This document shows, piece by piece, positions 20,474-29,810 of a stretch of DNA of 64,000 nucleotides (position 1 is the first letter of the stretch; each line of letters starts with the position of its first letter). The notes beneath the pieces were generated by a model, which saw only the letters and a list, made by a program, of their open reading frames with translations, was not told the origin of the DNA and searched no databases. The stretch spans positions 13,812 to 77,811 of the forward strand of contig JAUIFJ010000013.1 in assembly GCA_030429345.1 (NCBI GenBank). Reading direction: 5' to 3'. The position numbers were made by a program, and so were the translations under genes. This DNA comes from a bacterium. GTDB taxonomy: Bacteria; CAIWAD01.

Positions 20474-21256
20474 GTGGCCGGCGACCGGCACAGTCCCGGC
20501 CGCGCCTGGCTCACATGGGCCGCGCTGAGCCTCTTCTCGCTCCTGCTGATCGCGGCCGGGGACAGTTATCCCGCCCTGCGCTTCCGCGCCTCCGTGATCC
20601 AGGGCTTTCGCCTGCCCCTGCGCCTGGTCTCCTGGATTCCCCAGCGCTTCGACCTGGCGGCGGAGAACCGCCGCCTGCGCGAACGGACCATCGACCTCTT
20701 CATCGAGAATTCCCGCCTGCGCGAGTACGCCCTCGAGGCGATCCGCCTGGAGGCCCTGCTGGGCATGCGGCCGCAACCGGAGCTGCGGAGACAGGCGGCC
20801 CGCGTGATCGCCCGCGGGAGCAGCCTGGGGCCGCAGAGCGTGGTGCTGGATCGCGGAGACCTGGACAGCGTGCGGGTCGGCGATGCCCTGCTGACGGCCT
20901 ATGGCCTGGCGGGGACCGTGGTACAGACCGGCAGCCACAGCGCCACGGCGGCCCTGCTCGGACACCGCGATTTCCGCTGTCGCGCCCTGGTGCAGCGTAC
21001 ACGGGAAGAGGGCATCCTGGCCGGCAGCGGTCCCGGCGAGCTGGTCCTGCAGGAGATTCCGCTCTCCAGCGATCTGCAGGTGGATGACGTGATTGTCACA
21101 TCGGGCAAGGGCAGCCGCTTTCCCGGCGGAGTGCCGATCGCGGTGGTCCGCGAGGTCAGGCCGGGAACCGGCCTCTTCCTCGAGGTCCGCCTGCGGCCCC
21201 TGGCGCGTCTTACACGGCTCGAGGAGCTCTATGTGATCGGCCGGAGGGAGCCATGA
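20474..21256 (+). CDS. mreC: Rod shape-determining protein MreC
   Basis: GTG start 4 nt after mreB. Coiled N-terminus ENRRLRERTIDLFIENSRLRE. GLAGTVVQTG..DVIVTSGKGSRFPGGVPIAVV. Confidence 0.85.
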   Translation: MAGDRHSPGRAWLTWAALSLFSLLLIAAGDSYPALRFRASVIQGFRLPLRLVSWIPQRFDLAAENRRLRERTIDLFIENSRLREYALEAIRLEALLGMRPQPELRRQAARVIARGSSLGPQSVVLDRGDLDSVRVGDALLTAYGLAGTVVQTGSHSATAALLGHRDFRCRALVQRTREEGILAGSGPGELVLQEIPLSSDLQVDDVIVTSGKGSRFPGGVPIAVVREVRPGTGLFLEVRLRPLARLTRLEELYVIGRREP

Positions 21257-21723
21257 AGTTCCGCCTGATCCTGCTCTTCGGCATGACCCTGCTGCAGGCC
21301 GCCATCGGGGACCTGTTGCGCCTGGGGCCCTGGGCGCCAGACCTGCAGCTGCTGGCGGTGCTCTGGCTGCTCAGCGACCGGCCTCCGGCGCAGGCGGCGC
21401 TGCTGGGTTTCGCCAGCGGCCTTCTGCTCGACCTGCTGGGCGTCGATCCCCTGGGGGCCGGAGCCCTGGCCTCCTGCGGCGCGGGCTTCTTCGGCTCGCT
21501 GCTGCTGGGACAGCCCCTGGGATTCCTGCTTCGCGCACTGCGCGCCCTGGCGCTGCTGGTGCCCCTGACGATCCTGCTGGGCCAGTTGCGCTGGTTCGGC
21601 CTGGAGACCGATCCGCTGGTCCAGGTCTTCGCCGTCTACCTTCCGGCAGGCCTGTATACCTGGCTACTCTATCTCCCCTTAAGCCTCGCCCCCCTCGGCG
21701 GCACCGAAGGAGGAGCGCGCTGA
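21253..21723 (+). CDS. mreD: Rod shape-determining protein MreD (polytopic membrane protein)
   Basis: ATGA overlap with mreC. Very hydrophobic 156-aa product in the canonical mreBCD position. Confidence 0.75.
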   Translation: MKFRLILLFGMTLLQAAIGDLLRLGPWAPDLQLLAVLWLLSDRPPAQAALLGFASGLLLDLLGVDPLGAGALASCGAGFFGSLLLGQPLGFLLRALRALALLVPLTILLGQLRWFGLETDPLVQVFAVYLPAGLYTWLLYLPLSLAPLGGTEGGAR

Positions 21724-21746
21724 TGAAGGTATACGCGGTGACACAA

Positions 21747-21879
21747 TCGCTATCGCTATCGGGATCGCTATCGCTATCGATGTTTCGTCCTGCCCGGAGA
21801 GCAGCGCAATCCGTCGACCGGACACAGTGCTGCGAAGGAAATACATCGATAGCGATCCCGATAGCAATAGCGATAGCGA
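21747..21879. repeat. Long imperfect inverted repeat built from ATCGCT/ATAGCG hexamers (37-nt arms, 59-nt spacer)
   Basis: Left arm 21747-21783 is TCGCTATCGCTATCGGGATCGCTATCGCTATCGATGT. Right arm 21843-21879 is ACATCGATAGCGATCCCGATAGCAATAGCGATAGCGA. Paired by hand, 32 of 37 positions are complementary. It fills the mreD-mrdA intergenic space. Confidence 0.85.
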
Positions 21880-21904
21880 CGGGGTGTCGTGATGCAGAAG
21901 GTGT

Positions 21905-23716
21905 ATGCGCATGAAGGAGGTCCAGCAGCTCCAGCTCCGCGGGGTGGCCTTGATCCTGGCTGTGCTCGGCGGCTTTCTGCTTCTGCTGGGGCAGCTTTTC
22001 CGGCTGCAGGTGCTGGGCGGGGAGGACTGGCAGGACCGCAGCCAGCGCAACACGATCCGCGCGGAAACGATTCCGGCGCACCGCGGGCTGATCCTGGACC
22101 GTCGCGGCCGCGTGCTCGTGGACAACCGGCCCAGCTATTCGGTGACCGGCGTGCCGGCCCAGCTTTCGCAGGACAGCAGCCTGGTGCGGGCCATTGCCGA
22201 GCGCTGCGGTCGCGACGAGCAGCTGCTCTTCCGCCGCATCGACCAGGCCGGGCGCTGGCGCCAGCACCCGGTGGCCCTCCTGCGAGGCGTCAGTTTCGAG
22301 GAGCGGGTCTGGCTGGCCGAGCACCGTTTCGAGCTGCCTTCGGTCGAGCTGGGCATTGAAGCGGCGCGGGCCTATCCGCGCCCGGTGGCTCCGCACGCCC
22401 TGGGCTACCTGGGCGAGATCAGTCCCGAGGAACTGGACCGAGCGCTCTTTCCAGGAGTGCTTTCCGGGGAGCTGGTGGGCAAGAAGGGAATCGAACGCGC
22501 CTACGACGAGATCCTGCGCGGCAAGAGCGGACAACGCTTCTATTCGGTGGACGCCCGCGGTCGCGTGCTCGGTCCGGCGAGCCAGCTTCCGGAGATTCCG
22601 GCGGATCACGGCTGGAACCTGCGCCTCGGCCTGGACCTGGAACTGCAGCAGCTGGCCCAGAACCTGCTGGGCGAGCGGCGCGGAGCCGCCCTGCTGATGG
22701 ACCTTCAGAGCGGCGCCCTGCTGGTGGCTCACAGTTCGCCGACCATCGAGCTGGAGCATTTCAGCGGACGCATGCCTCCGGAAGTCTGGGAGCGCCTCAG
22801 TGACGAGGAAACGCGCCCCATGCTCAATCGGCTGGTCCAGGGCACCTACCCGCCGGGCAGCCTGTTCAAGATCGCGGTCACGGCCTGGGCGCTGGAGAAG
22901 GGCCTGGTCACCGAGAACACGACCCACGACTGCAAGGGTTCGATCACGCTGGGCACGCGCACCCAGCGCTGCTGGCTCGAAGAGGGGCACGGCCCCATGG
23001 ACCTGGTGCAGTCGATCCAGCACAGCTGCGATGTGTGGTATTACCGCCTCGGCCTGCGCTTGAGTCCCGACCAGATCCGCGAAATGGCCGAGTCCTTCCT
23101 GCTGACGCAGATCACCGGCGTCGACCTGCTGGGGGAGAAGAGCGGCCTGGTGCCGGACACGGACTGGTACGACACGCACCTGGGAAGACGCGGCTGGACC
23201 CTGGGCGTGATGCTCAACCTGGCCATCGGCCAGGGCGAGATCCTCAACACGCCGATGCAGATGCTGCGTTTCGCGGCCCTGGTCGCCGGGCGCGGTGAAT
23301 GCGTCACGCCGCACTTTGTCACACAGCTCGAGCATCCGGTCAGCGGGGAGGTCCGTCGCCTGGAGTATCCGCGGCAGCAGGTGCAGTTCAGCGAGCGCAC
23401 CTGGCGCACGCTGCAAAGAAGCTGCCGCGCCGTGGTCCAGGAAAAGGGCGGAACGGCCTATCCCATGCGCCGGGCCGAGTACCGCAGCGCGGGCAAGACC
23501 GGGACCTCCGAGAATCCCCACGGGGAGCCGCACTCGATCTATATGGGATGGATGCCGGAAGACAAGCCGCGCATCGCCGGGCTGGTGCTGGTCGAGAACG
23601 CCGGGCACGGCAGCGAAGTGGCGGCACCGATCTGTTTCCAGCTCTTCGACGCCTGGCTGGAACTGGAAATGGGCCGGGTCGTCCTGCAGCCGGAAAGTGC
23701 CGCATGGGCGCCCTGA
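21905..23716 (+). CDS. mrdA: Penicillin-binding protein 2 (elongasome transpeptidase)
   Basis: N-terminal TM segment VALILAVLGGFLLLLG. RGLILDRRGRVLVDNRPSY. Active-site motifs SLFK (in PPGSLFK), SCD and KTGTSE. Confidence 0.9.
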   Translation: MRMKEVQQLQLRGVALILAVLGGFLLLLGQLFRLQVLGGEDWQDRSQRNTIRAETIPAHRGLILDRRGRVLVDNRPSYSVTGVPAQLSQDSSLVRAIAERCGRDEQLLFRRIDQAGRWRQHPVALLRGVSFEERVWLAEHRFELPSVELGIEAARAYPRPVAPHALGYLGEISPEELDRALFPGVLSGELVGKKGIERAYDEILRGKSGQRFYSVDARGRVLGPASQLPEIPADHGWNLRLGLDLELQQLAQNLLGERRGAALLMDLQSGALLVAHSSPTIELEHFSGRMPPEVWERLSDEETRPMLNRLVQGTYPPGSLFKIAVTAWALEKGLVTENTTHDCKGSITLGTRTQRCWLEEGHGPMDLVQSIQHSCDVWYYRLGLRLSPDQIREMAESFLLTQITGVDLLGEKSGLVPDTDWYDTHLGRRGWTLGVMLNLAIGQGEILNTPMQMLRFAALVAGRGECVTPHFVTQLEHPVSGEVRRLEYPRQQVQFSERTWRTLQRSCRAVVQEKGGTAYPMRRAEYRSAGKTGTSENPHGEPHSIYMGWMPEDKPRIAGLVLVENAGHGSEVAAPICFQLFDAWLELEMGRVVLQPESAAWAP

Positions 23717-24717
23717 ACAAGGCCGCGGATCACGCGGAACGGCTGCGTCGCCTGGCCCTGGAGGAGGGAGCCGCCGTCGCCGGGATCGCCGCCGCCGACG
23801 AGCCGGTGACACACGCGGAGGCCTTCCGCGGCTGGCTGGAACGCGGCGACCATTCGCCCATGGAATGGATCGAGCGGCACGGCGAACTGCGCGTGCAGCC
23901 GGAAGGGCTGCTGCCGGGCCTCAAAGGCATGCTCTGCGTCGGCGTCAGCTGTCGGCACGAAGCGGTGGATCCGCAGGACCGTCCGCGCGTGGCGCGCTAC
24001 GCGCGGGGCAGGGATTACCACCGTGTGCTCAAGGGCCTGCTGAGGCGTGTCGCACGAAGAATGGAAGCCGAGATCGGCCCTTTCGGCTGGCGGATCTGCG
24101 TGGACACGGTGCCTTTGTTGGAACGCTACTGGGCCTGGCGCGCCGGCCTGGGCTGGATCGGAAAGAACTGCATGCTGATCCACCGCGAGCACGGCACCTG
24201 GCTGATGCTGGGCGAGTTGCTGACCGACCTGTCCCTGCAGGCCGATGCGCCGGGAAAGGAATACTGCGGTCGCTGTAGCCGGTGCCTGGAGGGTTGTCCG
24301 ACACAGGCCTTCCGCGGACCCGGCCAATTGATCAGCGAACGCTGCATCAGCGCCCAGACCATCGAGAACCGGGGAACGGAACTGCCGTCGGCCATGCGTC
24401 CGCTTCCGCAGAACTGGCTCTTCGGCTGCGATGTCTGCCAACTGGTCTGTCCCTGGAACGGGGGCCTGGAAAGGCGTGGCGGCGCTTCGGCCGGTCACCC
24501 GGAGCTGCAACCGGATCCGGAACTGGAAGCCCTGCTGGAAAGCGGCAACTGGCCCGAAGAGGCGGAACTCGACGAGGAGGGCTGGATCGCCTTCCATGAT
24601 CGGATCACCCGTGGAAAAGCCCTGCGCCGCATGACAGTGGAGATGTTGCGGCGCAATCTGAGGGCAGTGCGGAAGGGGAAAGAGAAAAAAGGCCCCTGTC
24701 CACAGACAGGGGCCTGA
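23704..24717 (+). CDS. queG: Epoxyqueuosine reductase
   Basis: ATG at 23704 overlaps the mrdA end by 13 nt. PMEWIERHGELR, ARYARGRDYHRVLK, LGWIGKNCMLIH, and 4Fe-4S motifs CGRCSRCLEGCPTQAF and FGCDVCQLVCPWN. Confidence 0.9.
   Translation: MGALNKAADHAERLRRLALEEGAAVAGIAAADEPVTHAEAFRGWLERGDHSPMEWIERHGELRVQPEGLLPGLKGMLCVGVSCRHEAVDPQDRPRVARYARGRDYHRVLKGLLRRVARRMEAEIGPFGWRICVDTVPLLERYWAWRAGLGWIGKNCMLIHREHGTWLMLGELLTDLSLQADAPGKEYCGRCSRCLEGCPTQAFRGPGQLISERCISAQTIENRGTELPSAMRPLPQNWLFGCDVCQLVCPWNGGLERRGGASAGHPELQPDPELEALLESGNWPEEAELDEEGWIAFHDRITRGKALRRMTVEMLRRNLRAVRKGKEKKGPCPQTGA
24685..24714 (-). terminator. Rho-independent terminator of the XRE gene, embedded in the queG 3' end
   Basis: On the minus strand: GGCCCCTGTC-TGTG-GACAGGGGCC followed by TTTTTT (complement of 24685-24690). 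It begins 7 nt after the XRE stop codon. Confidence 0.75.
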
Positions 24718-24720
24718 GTC

Positions 24721-25107
24721 CTACTTGCTGTCGGCCAGCGCGTCGAGGATCTTTCGCAGATCGTTGACCGTGCGCACCTTGGTATCCAGAAGATTCAAGG
24801 CCGTGGAAGTTCCGATACTGTCACAGAAGGTATCCAGCTGTTCCAGTTCCAGAAAGGTCAGATCCGTGAATCCGCGATCCTTGACCCAGTCCCGTACCTG
24901 TTTCCGGCTGTCGTCGACCACCTCGATGCGTGCGCCCAGCTGGGAAAAGACCTTTTCAAGGGAATTGATCTGCGGACTGAAACCATCCTTGTTCAGCATG
25001 TCGTGGACCGTACTGGTGGACAATCCGGCAGAACGGGCCAGTGCCCGGGCAGACATGCGCTGTGACCCGAGCATGTTCTTCAGGCGTGTTCTCCAATCAC
25101 TCGACAT
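24721..25107 (-). CDS. XRE-family helix-turn-helix transcriptional regulator
   Basis: Start chosen at Met63 of the track ORF (MSSDWRTRLKNMLGSQRMSARALARSAGLSTSTVHDMLNK = HTH_XRE pattern), preceded by GGGGGG. Local GC is lower than the surrounding sequence. Confidence 0.65.
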   Translation of the reverse strand: MSSDWRTRLKNMLGSQRMSARALARSAGLSTSTVHDMLNKDGFSPQINSLEKVFSQLGARIEVVDDSRKQVRDWVKDRGFTDLTFLELEQLDTFCDSIGTSTALNLLDTKVRTVNDLRKILDALADSK

Positions 25108-25257
25108 TAACGATACCCCCCGTTTGTGTCGTTCTTCAATGAAACCGATCAATTCTGTCGCAGGTGGCGGGAAGATGTCTCGCGAGCGTCCCGACACAAA
25201 TGAAAATATAACACCATTGGGTTTGTACGTGTCAAAAACGAAGGGCAAAAAGCCCAG

Positions 25258-28200
25258 ATGAAAACATGGAGGACACGTTTGCGCCCGGTTCACGGAATTT
25301 TCCTGCGAATGCTCCGTTTTAGCATTTCGATTTTTTTGTTCCTATTACTGATCGCTCCTCGGGAAAGTTCCTGCCGTGAAATTCATCCTGCGGGAGAGGA
25401 TCTGCTCCAGGATCCCGCCGAAGTGGTGCTGGACAGCCTGGGACGCTGCTGGATCGCGACGAACCGGGGACTCTTTCTGTACGACGGCACCTGGCTGAAC
25501 CGCCAGGGAGACTGGGAAGGCTACGAAGGCGGCGGCGTGCAGGCCCTGGCCTTGCGGGGACAAAGCGAGCTGTGGGTCGCTTCCGACAGCGGCCTCTATG
25601 TCGGCAAGGACCGCTTCCAGCGACATCCGGGCCGCCTGCCGGCCACCGCGAAGGTCCGCGCGCTGGCCTTCTGGCGCGGCGAGGCCCTGCTGGCCAGCTC
25701 GGAAGGGCTGTTCTGGCTGAATGGACAGCAACCCCGGGTGCTGCTCTCCGGCATCGACGTCCTGGCCCTGGCCGTGACGGAAGAAGGAGAGATCTACGCC
25801 GGCAGCCGGAAGGAAGGGCTCTACCACCTGGATCGCCGCGGCAATCCAGGTGGCGGACTGCCTGCCGCCGTGTCCAGGCTGGAAACCGTCGATGCTCTTT
25901 GCCTGGGGCGGGAAGGATTGTTTCTCCTGGGAGCCAGTGCGCGGGAAGGGCGACTGCTGATGCGACTTGCAGACGAGCGCATCGAGGACATGAGCGCCCT
26001 GCTCCAGGATCCCGGCGCTCAGGGAACACCTGTCCTGATGCGCCTGCCGCAGGGCGCAGCACTCTACCAGAACGGCGCCTGGCGCCTGCTGGAGGGGGAA
26101 GGAGGACGGCTGGAGGCCGGGGGGCTGGGCCTGCAATGGCCTCTGGAAGACCCCTTGGCCTGGCTGCCGACGCTCTTCCTGCAGTCGCTGCCTGGCCGCC
26201 TGAGTCCGGTCGATGAGCGCCATGGCCTGCTGCTTTCCGGAAGCGAGGGCCCCAGCCTGCTCCCCTTGGGAGGCGGCATTCCCCTGCAGCTGCTGGAACG
26301 GCGCACAGTCCAGGGGAGGGAGCGCCTGCTGTTGGTCGAGCAGGAAGAAGGGCGGCGCCTCTTCATCGACGCGGATGGAAAGGGTTTCCGGCCCCTGCCT
26401 TTGCCGGCCCAGGCGGGAAGCGGGCCGGCAAACAGCCTGTGCTGGCTTCCCGGAAAGAATTCGGAGCAGGTGCTGGTCGCCTTCGCCGATCGCCTGATGA
26501 GTGTGGATGCGCAAGGCCGCTGGAGCCGGCAGGCGGATCGCGGCGCCCGCTGGCTGGAACCTCTTTCTCGCGAACAGATCCTGGTCGGCGGGGACGAGGG
26601 CCTGGCGCTCTTCGACGGCGAGAACTGGCAGGCCATGGACATTCAGGAACCGGTCTTCCGCTTTGCCCGCAACGGGCAGCGGGAGCTGGTGGCCCACTGC
26701 CGGGACTATCTGCTGCGCCTCGACGCCTTCAATGAACTGGATACCCTGGACCTGCCAGCGGGGCGAAAGGGCGAACTGCGACAGCTGCTGCTCAGCCCCC
26801 GAGGCCGGGTCTGGCTGCTGGACGAGGGGGGGCTCCATCTGCAGGGCGGCCGCGACGGCCCCTGGGGCCGCCCGTTGGGCAAGGGCGAGTCCCTGCCGAG
26901 CTCGATGGCCTTCGACGGCGGAGAAGGAGTCTGGCTTTCCGGCCTAGCGGGTACCGCCCGCCTGGGCGAAGACTCCTGGCCGCCCCTGCTGCACCTGCAA
27001 CAGGATCCGGACCGCCTCGACCTGAGCCGCCCCCTGGAGCTGAAGCTGCTGGTGGCGGATCCCTTCTCGCCGCGGGCAAGGCCGCTGTTGCGCTACCGGG
27101 TCAATGAAGGCGCCTGGAGTTCCTGGCAGGAAGAGCCGCGCATCTTTTTTCCCCGGGGCGGAGGCGAAGGGCTGCGCAAGGGAGCCAATCGCCTGCAGCT
27201 GCAGGCGCGTGACGACTGGGGCAACCTGGGCGAGCCCTCGGCCCTGACGCTCTTCCTGCCGGAAGACGCGGGCCGCATCCGGCTGGCGCGCAAAGCGGCT
27301 CTTCTCGTCAGCCTGGTGGCCCTGGTGCTGGCCCTGACCCTGGTCTGGCCAGGCAGGACCAGCCTGGTGCTGACCCTGGCCCTGGGCTTCGGCTGCAGCG
27401 CCTGGATCTTCCTGCGGACCGAAGAGCCCTACTTGTGGATGGTTCTGCCGCTGCTGCTCTTGCTGATCCGCAAATCGACGCGGCTCTATCGCGTGCCGGA
27501 AGAAGAGGGAACCGCCCCGCGCGGGAACCCGCTCTACGAACTGGTCGACCTCTTCCGCGAGTTCGGACACAGCGGCGTCGCCACCCGCAACCTGGACCGG
27601 TTGCTGCGCAGCGCGCGCAATCTCTACCTGGACGGCCAGACGGATCCGGAGGTGCTCGGCCGCTACCAGGGGGCGCGCGAGCTTTTCCTGGAAACGACGG
27701 CCGGCCAGGTGCTGGAAATCCTCCAGGCCTTTCGCCGCTTGCCGGAAGAACAGAATCCGGTGGCGCCGATCCTCCTGCGCCAGGCCCAGGATCGTGTGCG
27801 CAAACTGCTCGACCTGCTGAAGGGGGCAGAGCTGCCGACGGCCGCCCTCTGCGAGGAACTGGCCCTGGAGCTTTCGGCGCTGGAACGGCAGCTGGATCGC
27901 CTGGAGCGGGCCATCGACCGCCAGGTGGCGACGCGGCCGACCCGGGTGCTCGACGGACTGCTCAGACAGAAGCGGGAGGAGCTGGCGGGAGTGGCGCTGG
28001 AACTGCACATTCCCTCGGACCTGCGCGAAATGGGCATCCGCCTGCCCGCCGGCCAGCTGCAGTTCATCCTGGAAAACCTGATCAGCAACGCGCTCTACTG
28101 GATGAAGGACTGCGAACAGCCTGTGCTGTCGCTGGAACTGCGGGAACGGCCGACGCGTCTGCAGGTGCTGGTGAAGGACAATGGAGCGGGCATCGATCCC

Positions 28201-28383
28201 GCGGATCACGAACGCGTTTTCGAGGCCGGACGCAGCGGACGCGAGGGGGAGGGCGGCTACGGCCTCTACCGCAGCCGCGAGATCCTGGCGCGATTCGGCG
28301 GAAGGCTTGTCGTACACGAAAGCGCGAAGGGCGACGGGGCGACCTTCCTGCTCGAGGCCAAGAAGGTGGAACTGGGCGAATAG
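25258..28383 (+). CDS. Sensor kinase with periplasmic beta-propeller + Y_Y_Y domains and a C-terminal HATPase_c; no canonical H-box seen
   Basis: N-terminal TM segment ISIFLFLLLIAP. Repeated W..GL-type propeller blades. Y_Y_Y-like LLRYRVNEGAWSSW..GANRLQLQARDDWGN. Two or three TM segments. N box LENLISNALYW, G1 box DNGAGID, G2 box GGYGLY. The start could also be the ATG at 25309. Confidence 0.75.
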   Translation: MKTWRTRLRPVHGIFLRMLRFSISIFLFLLLIAPRESSCREIHPAGEDLLQDPAEVVLDSLGRCWIATNRGLFLYDGTWLNRQGDWEGYEGGGVQALALRGQSELWVASDSGLYVGKDRFQRHPGRLPATAKVRALAFWRGEALLASSEGLFWLNGQQPRVLLSGIDVLALAVTEEGEIYAGSRKEGLYHLDRRGNPGGGLPAAVSRLETVDALCLGREGLFLLGASAREGRLLMRLADERIEDMSALLQDPGAQGTPVLMRLPQGAALYQNGAWRLLEGEGGRLEAGGLGLQWPLEDPLAWLPTLFLQSLPGRLSPVDERHGLLLSGSEGPSLLPLGGGIPLQLLERRTVQGRERLLLVEQEEGRRLFIDADGKGFRPLPLPAQAGSGPANSLCWLPGKNSEQVLVAFADRLMSVDAQGRWSRQADRGARWLEPLSREQILVGGDEGLALFDGENWQAMDIQEPVFRFARNGQRELVAHCRDYLLRLDAFNELDTLDLPAGRKGELRQLLLSPRGRVWLLDEGGLHLQGGRDGPWGRPLGKGESLPSSMAFDGGEGVWLSGLAGTARLGEDSWPPLLHLQQDPDRLDLSRPLELKLLVADPFSPRARPLLRYRVNEGAWSSWQEEPRIFFPRGGGEGLRKGANRLQLQARDDWGNLGEPSALTLFLPEDAGRIRLARKAALLVSLVALVLALTLVWPGRTSLVLTLALGFGCSAWIFLRTEEPYLWMVLPLLLLLIRKSTRLYRVPEEEGTAPRGNPLYELVDLFREFGHSGVATRNLDRLLRSARNLYLDGQTDPEVLGRYQGARELFLETTAGQVLEILQAFRRLPEEQNPVAPILLRQAQDRVRKLLDLLKGAELPTAALCEELALELSALERQLDRLERAIDRQVATRPTRVLDGLLRQKREELAGVALELHIPSDLREMGIRLPAGQLQFILENLISNALYWMKDCEQPVLSLELRERPTRLQVLVKDNGAGIDPADHERVFEAGRSGREGEGGYGLYRSREILARFGGRLVVHESAKGDGATFLLEAKKVELGE

Positions 28384-28452
28384 GCGCCGGCGAACGGTAG
28401 GAACGCAATGGCCGGAGCCGGAGCCGCTCCCACGGAACTGTGAGACATCTGA

Positions 28453-29799
28453 ATGGATAATCTGCTCATCATCGACGACAACGAGGAATTCGTCGAGGAC
28501 CTGCTGCTCGCGCTGAAGCGGGATTTCATGTGCTACACCGCCGACACGGGCGAGAAGGGCCTGGTCCAGGTGGATCAGCTCGAGCCGGATCTTGTGCTGC
28601 TGGACTACGACCTGGGCGAGGGCAAGTCCGGACTGGAAGTGCTCGAGCTGCTGGTCGAGCGGCATCCGGAACTGCCGGTGGTGATGGTGACCAAGGAGAA
28701 CAGCGCGCGCACGGCGGTCCGCGCGATGAAGATCGGGGCCTTCGACTACCTGGTGAAGAACGCGGCCCGCGAGGAGTTCGTCGAGGTGATCCGCAAGGGC
28801 CTGGCCCTGCACCGCGTGAGACAGGAGAACGCCGTCCTGCGCCGCGCGCTGAGCAAGAGCCTGGGCCGGCTGATCGGGGACTCGGAGGCGATCCGCGCCC
28901 TGAAGCGCGAGATCCACGAGGCGGCGCGCACGGACCTCTGTGTGACGATCACCGGCGAGACCGGGACCGGCAAGACGATGATCGCCCGCCTGATCCACGA
29001 GGGCAGCGCAAGGGGGCGCAAGCCCTTCGTCGATGTCAATGTCAGCGCCATCGAGCGCGAGCTCTTCAACAGCGAGGTATACGGACACGAGAAGGGCAGC
29101 TTCACCGGCGCCACCGGCACCAAGAAGGGCCTGGTCGAGCTGGCCGACCAGGGCACGCTCTTCCTCGACGAGATCGGGGACCTGACGCCCGAGGCCCAGA
29201 TCAAGCTGCTGACCACCATGGAGTCGGGCCTGATCCGCCGTGTCGGCGCGCTGCAGGACATCCGCGTCGATTTCCGCCTGCTGGCGGCGACGCACCAGGA
29301 CCTCGAAACACGGATCACGGAGGGCGTCTTCCGCCAGGATCTGTATTACAGGCTCAACCAGTTCCGCATCCGCATTCCTCCTCTGCGAGAACGCAGCGAG
29401 GACATTCCGGCGCTGCTGCGCTATTTCATCCAGAAGCATTTTCCCGGTCGCAGCGACATCGAACTGCCGGCGGAAACCATCGAGGCCCTGGCCCGGCAGG
29501 AGTGGAAAGGCAACGTGCGCGAATTCGAAAGCGCGGTCCAGCTGGCCATGGTCCGCGTGCGCGAGGACCGGCTGCTGCCCTCGCATTTCGCGCTGGGGGA
29601 CGGCAAGCCGACCAGCGCGGCGGAAGCGGACTTCGGTTCGCTGACCGACCAGCCCTTCAACGAGGCTCGGGACCTGCTGATGGAGCGTCTGCGCAAGGCG
29701 TATCTGGAGCGTTACCTGGGGCAGGGGAGCATGAAGGAGACCGCCGAGAGGATCGGCATCAGCCGCGAAGTGCTGCATCGCTGGGTGAAGAAGGCCTGA
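28453..29799 (+). CDS. Sigma-54-dependent response regulator (NtrC family enhancer-binding protein)
   Basis: REC domain DLVLLDYDLGEGKSGLEVL. AAA+ domain: GETGTGKTMIARLIH (Walker A), GSFTGA (GAFTGA-loop variant), GTLFLDEIGDL (Walker B), FRQDLYYRLN. C-terminal HTH ETAERIGISREVLHRWVKK. Confidence 0.9.
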   Translation: MDNLLIIDDNEEFVEDLLLALKRDFMCYTADTGEKGLVQVDQLEPDLVLLDYDLGEGKSGLEVLELLVERHPELPVVMVTKENSARTAVRAMKIGAFDYLVKNAAREEFVEVIRKGLALHRVRQENAVLRRALSKSLGRLIGDSEAIRALKREIHEAARTDLCVTITGETGTGKTMIARLIHEGSARGRKPFVDVNVSAIERELFNSEVYGHEKGSFTGATGTKKGLVELADQGTLFLDEIGDLTPEAQIKLLTTMESGLIRRVGALQDIRVDFRLLAATHQDLETRITEGVFRQDLYYRLNQFRIRIPPLRERSEDIPALLRYFIQKHFPGRSDIELPAETIEALARQEWKGNVREFESAVQLAMVRVREDRLLPSHFALGDGKPTSAAEADFGSLTDQPFNEARDLLMERLRKAYLERYLGQGSMKETAERIGISREVLHRWVKKA

Positions 29800-29810
29800 G
29801 GCCTTTCGCA

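Noticed and set aside
21747-21879. Possible CRISPR or tandem-repeat array, suggested by the regular ATCGCT units
   Set aside because: The units are only 6 nt long with no spacers. The structure is two inverted arms, not direct repeats separated by unique spacers, and there are no cas genes.
21723-21914. 63-aa ORF (MKVYAVTQSLSLSGSLSLS..) between mreD and mrdA
   Set aside because: Its repetitive sequence is simply the translation of the hexamer inverted repeat. A mirror-image ORF exists on the other strand.
21371-23812. 813-aa minus-strand ORF
   Set aside because: It is antisense to mreD and mrdA. The PBP2 active-site motifs SLFK and KTGT are on the plus strand.
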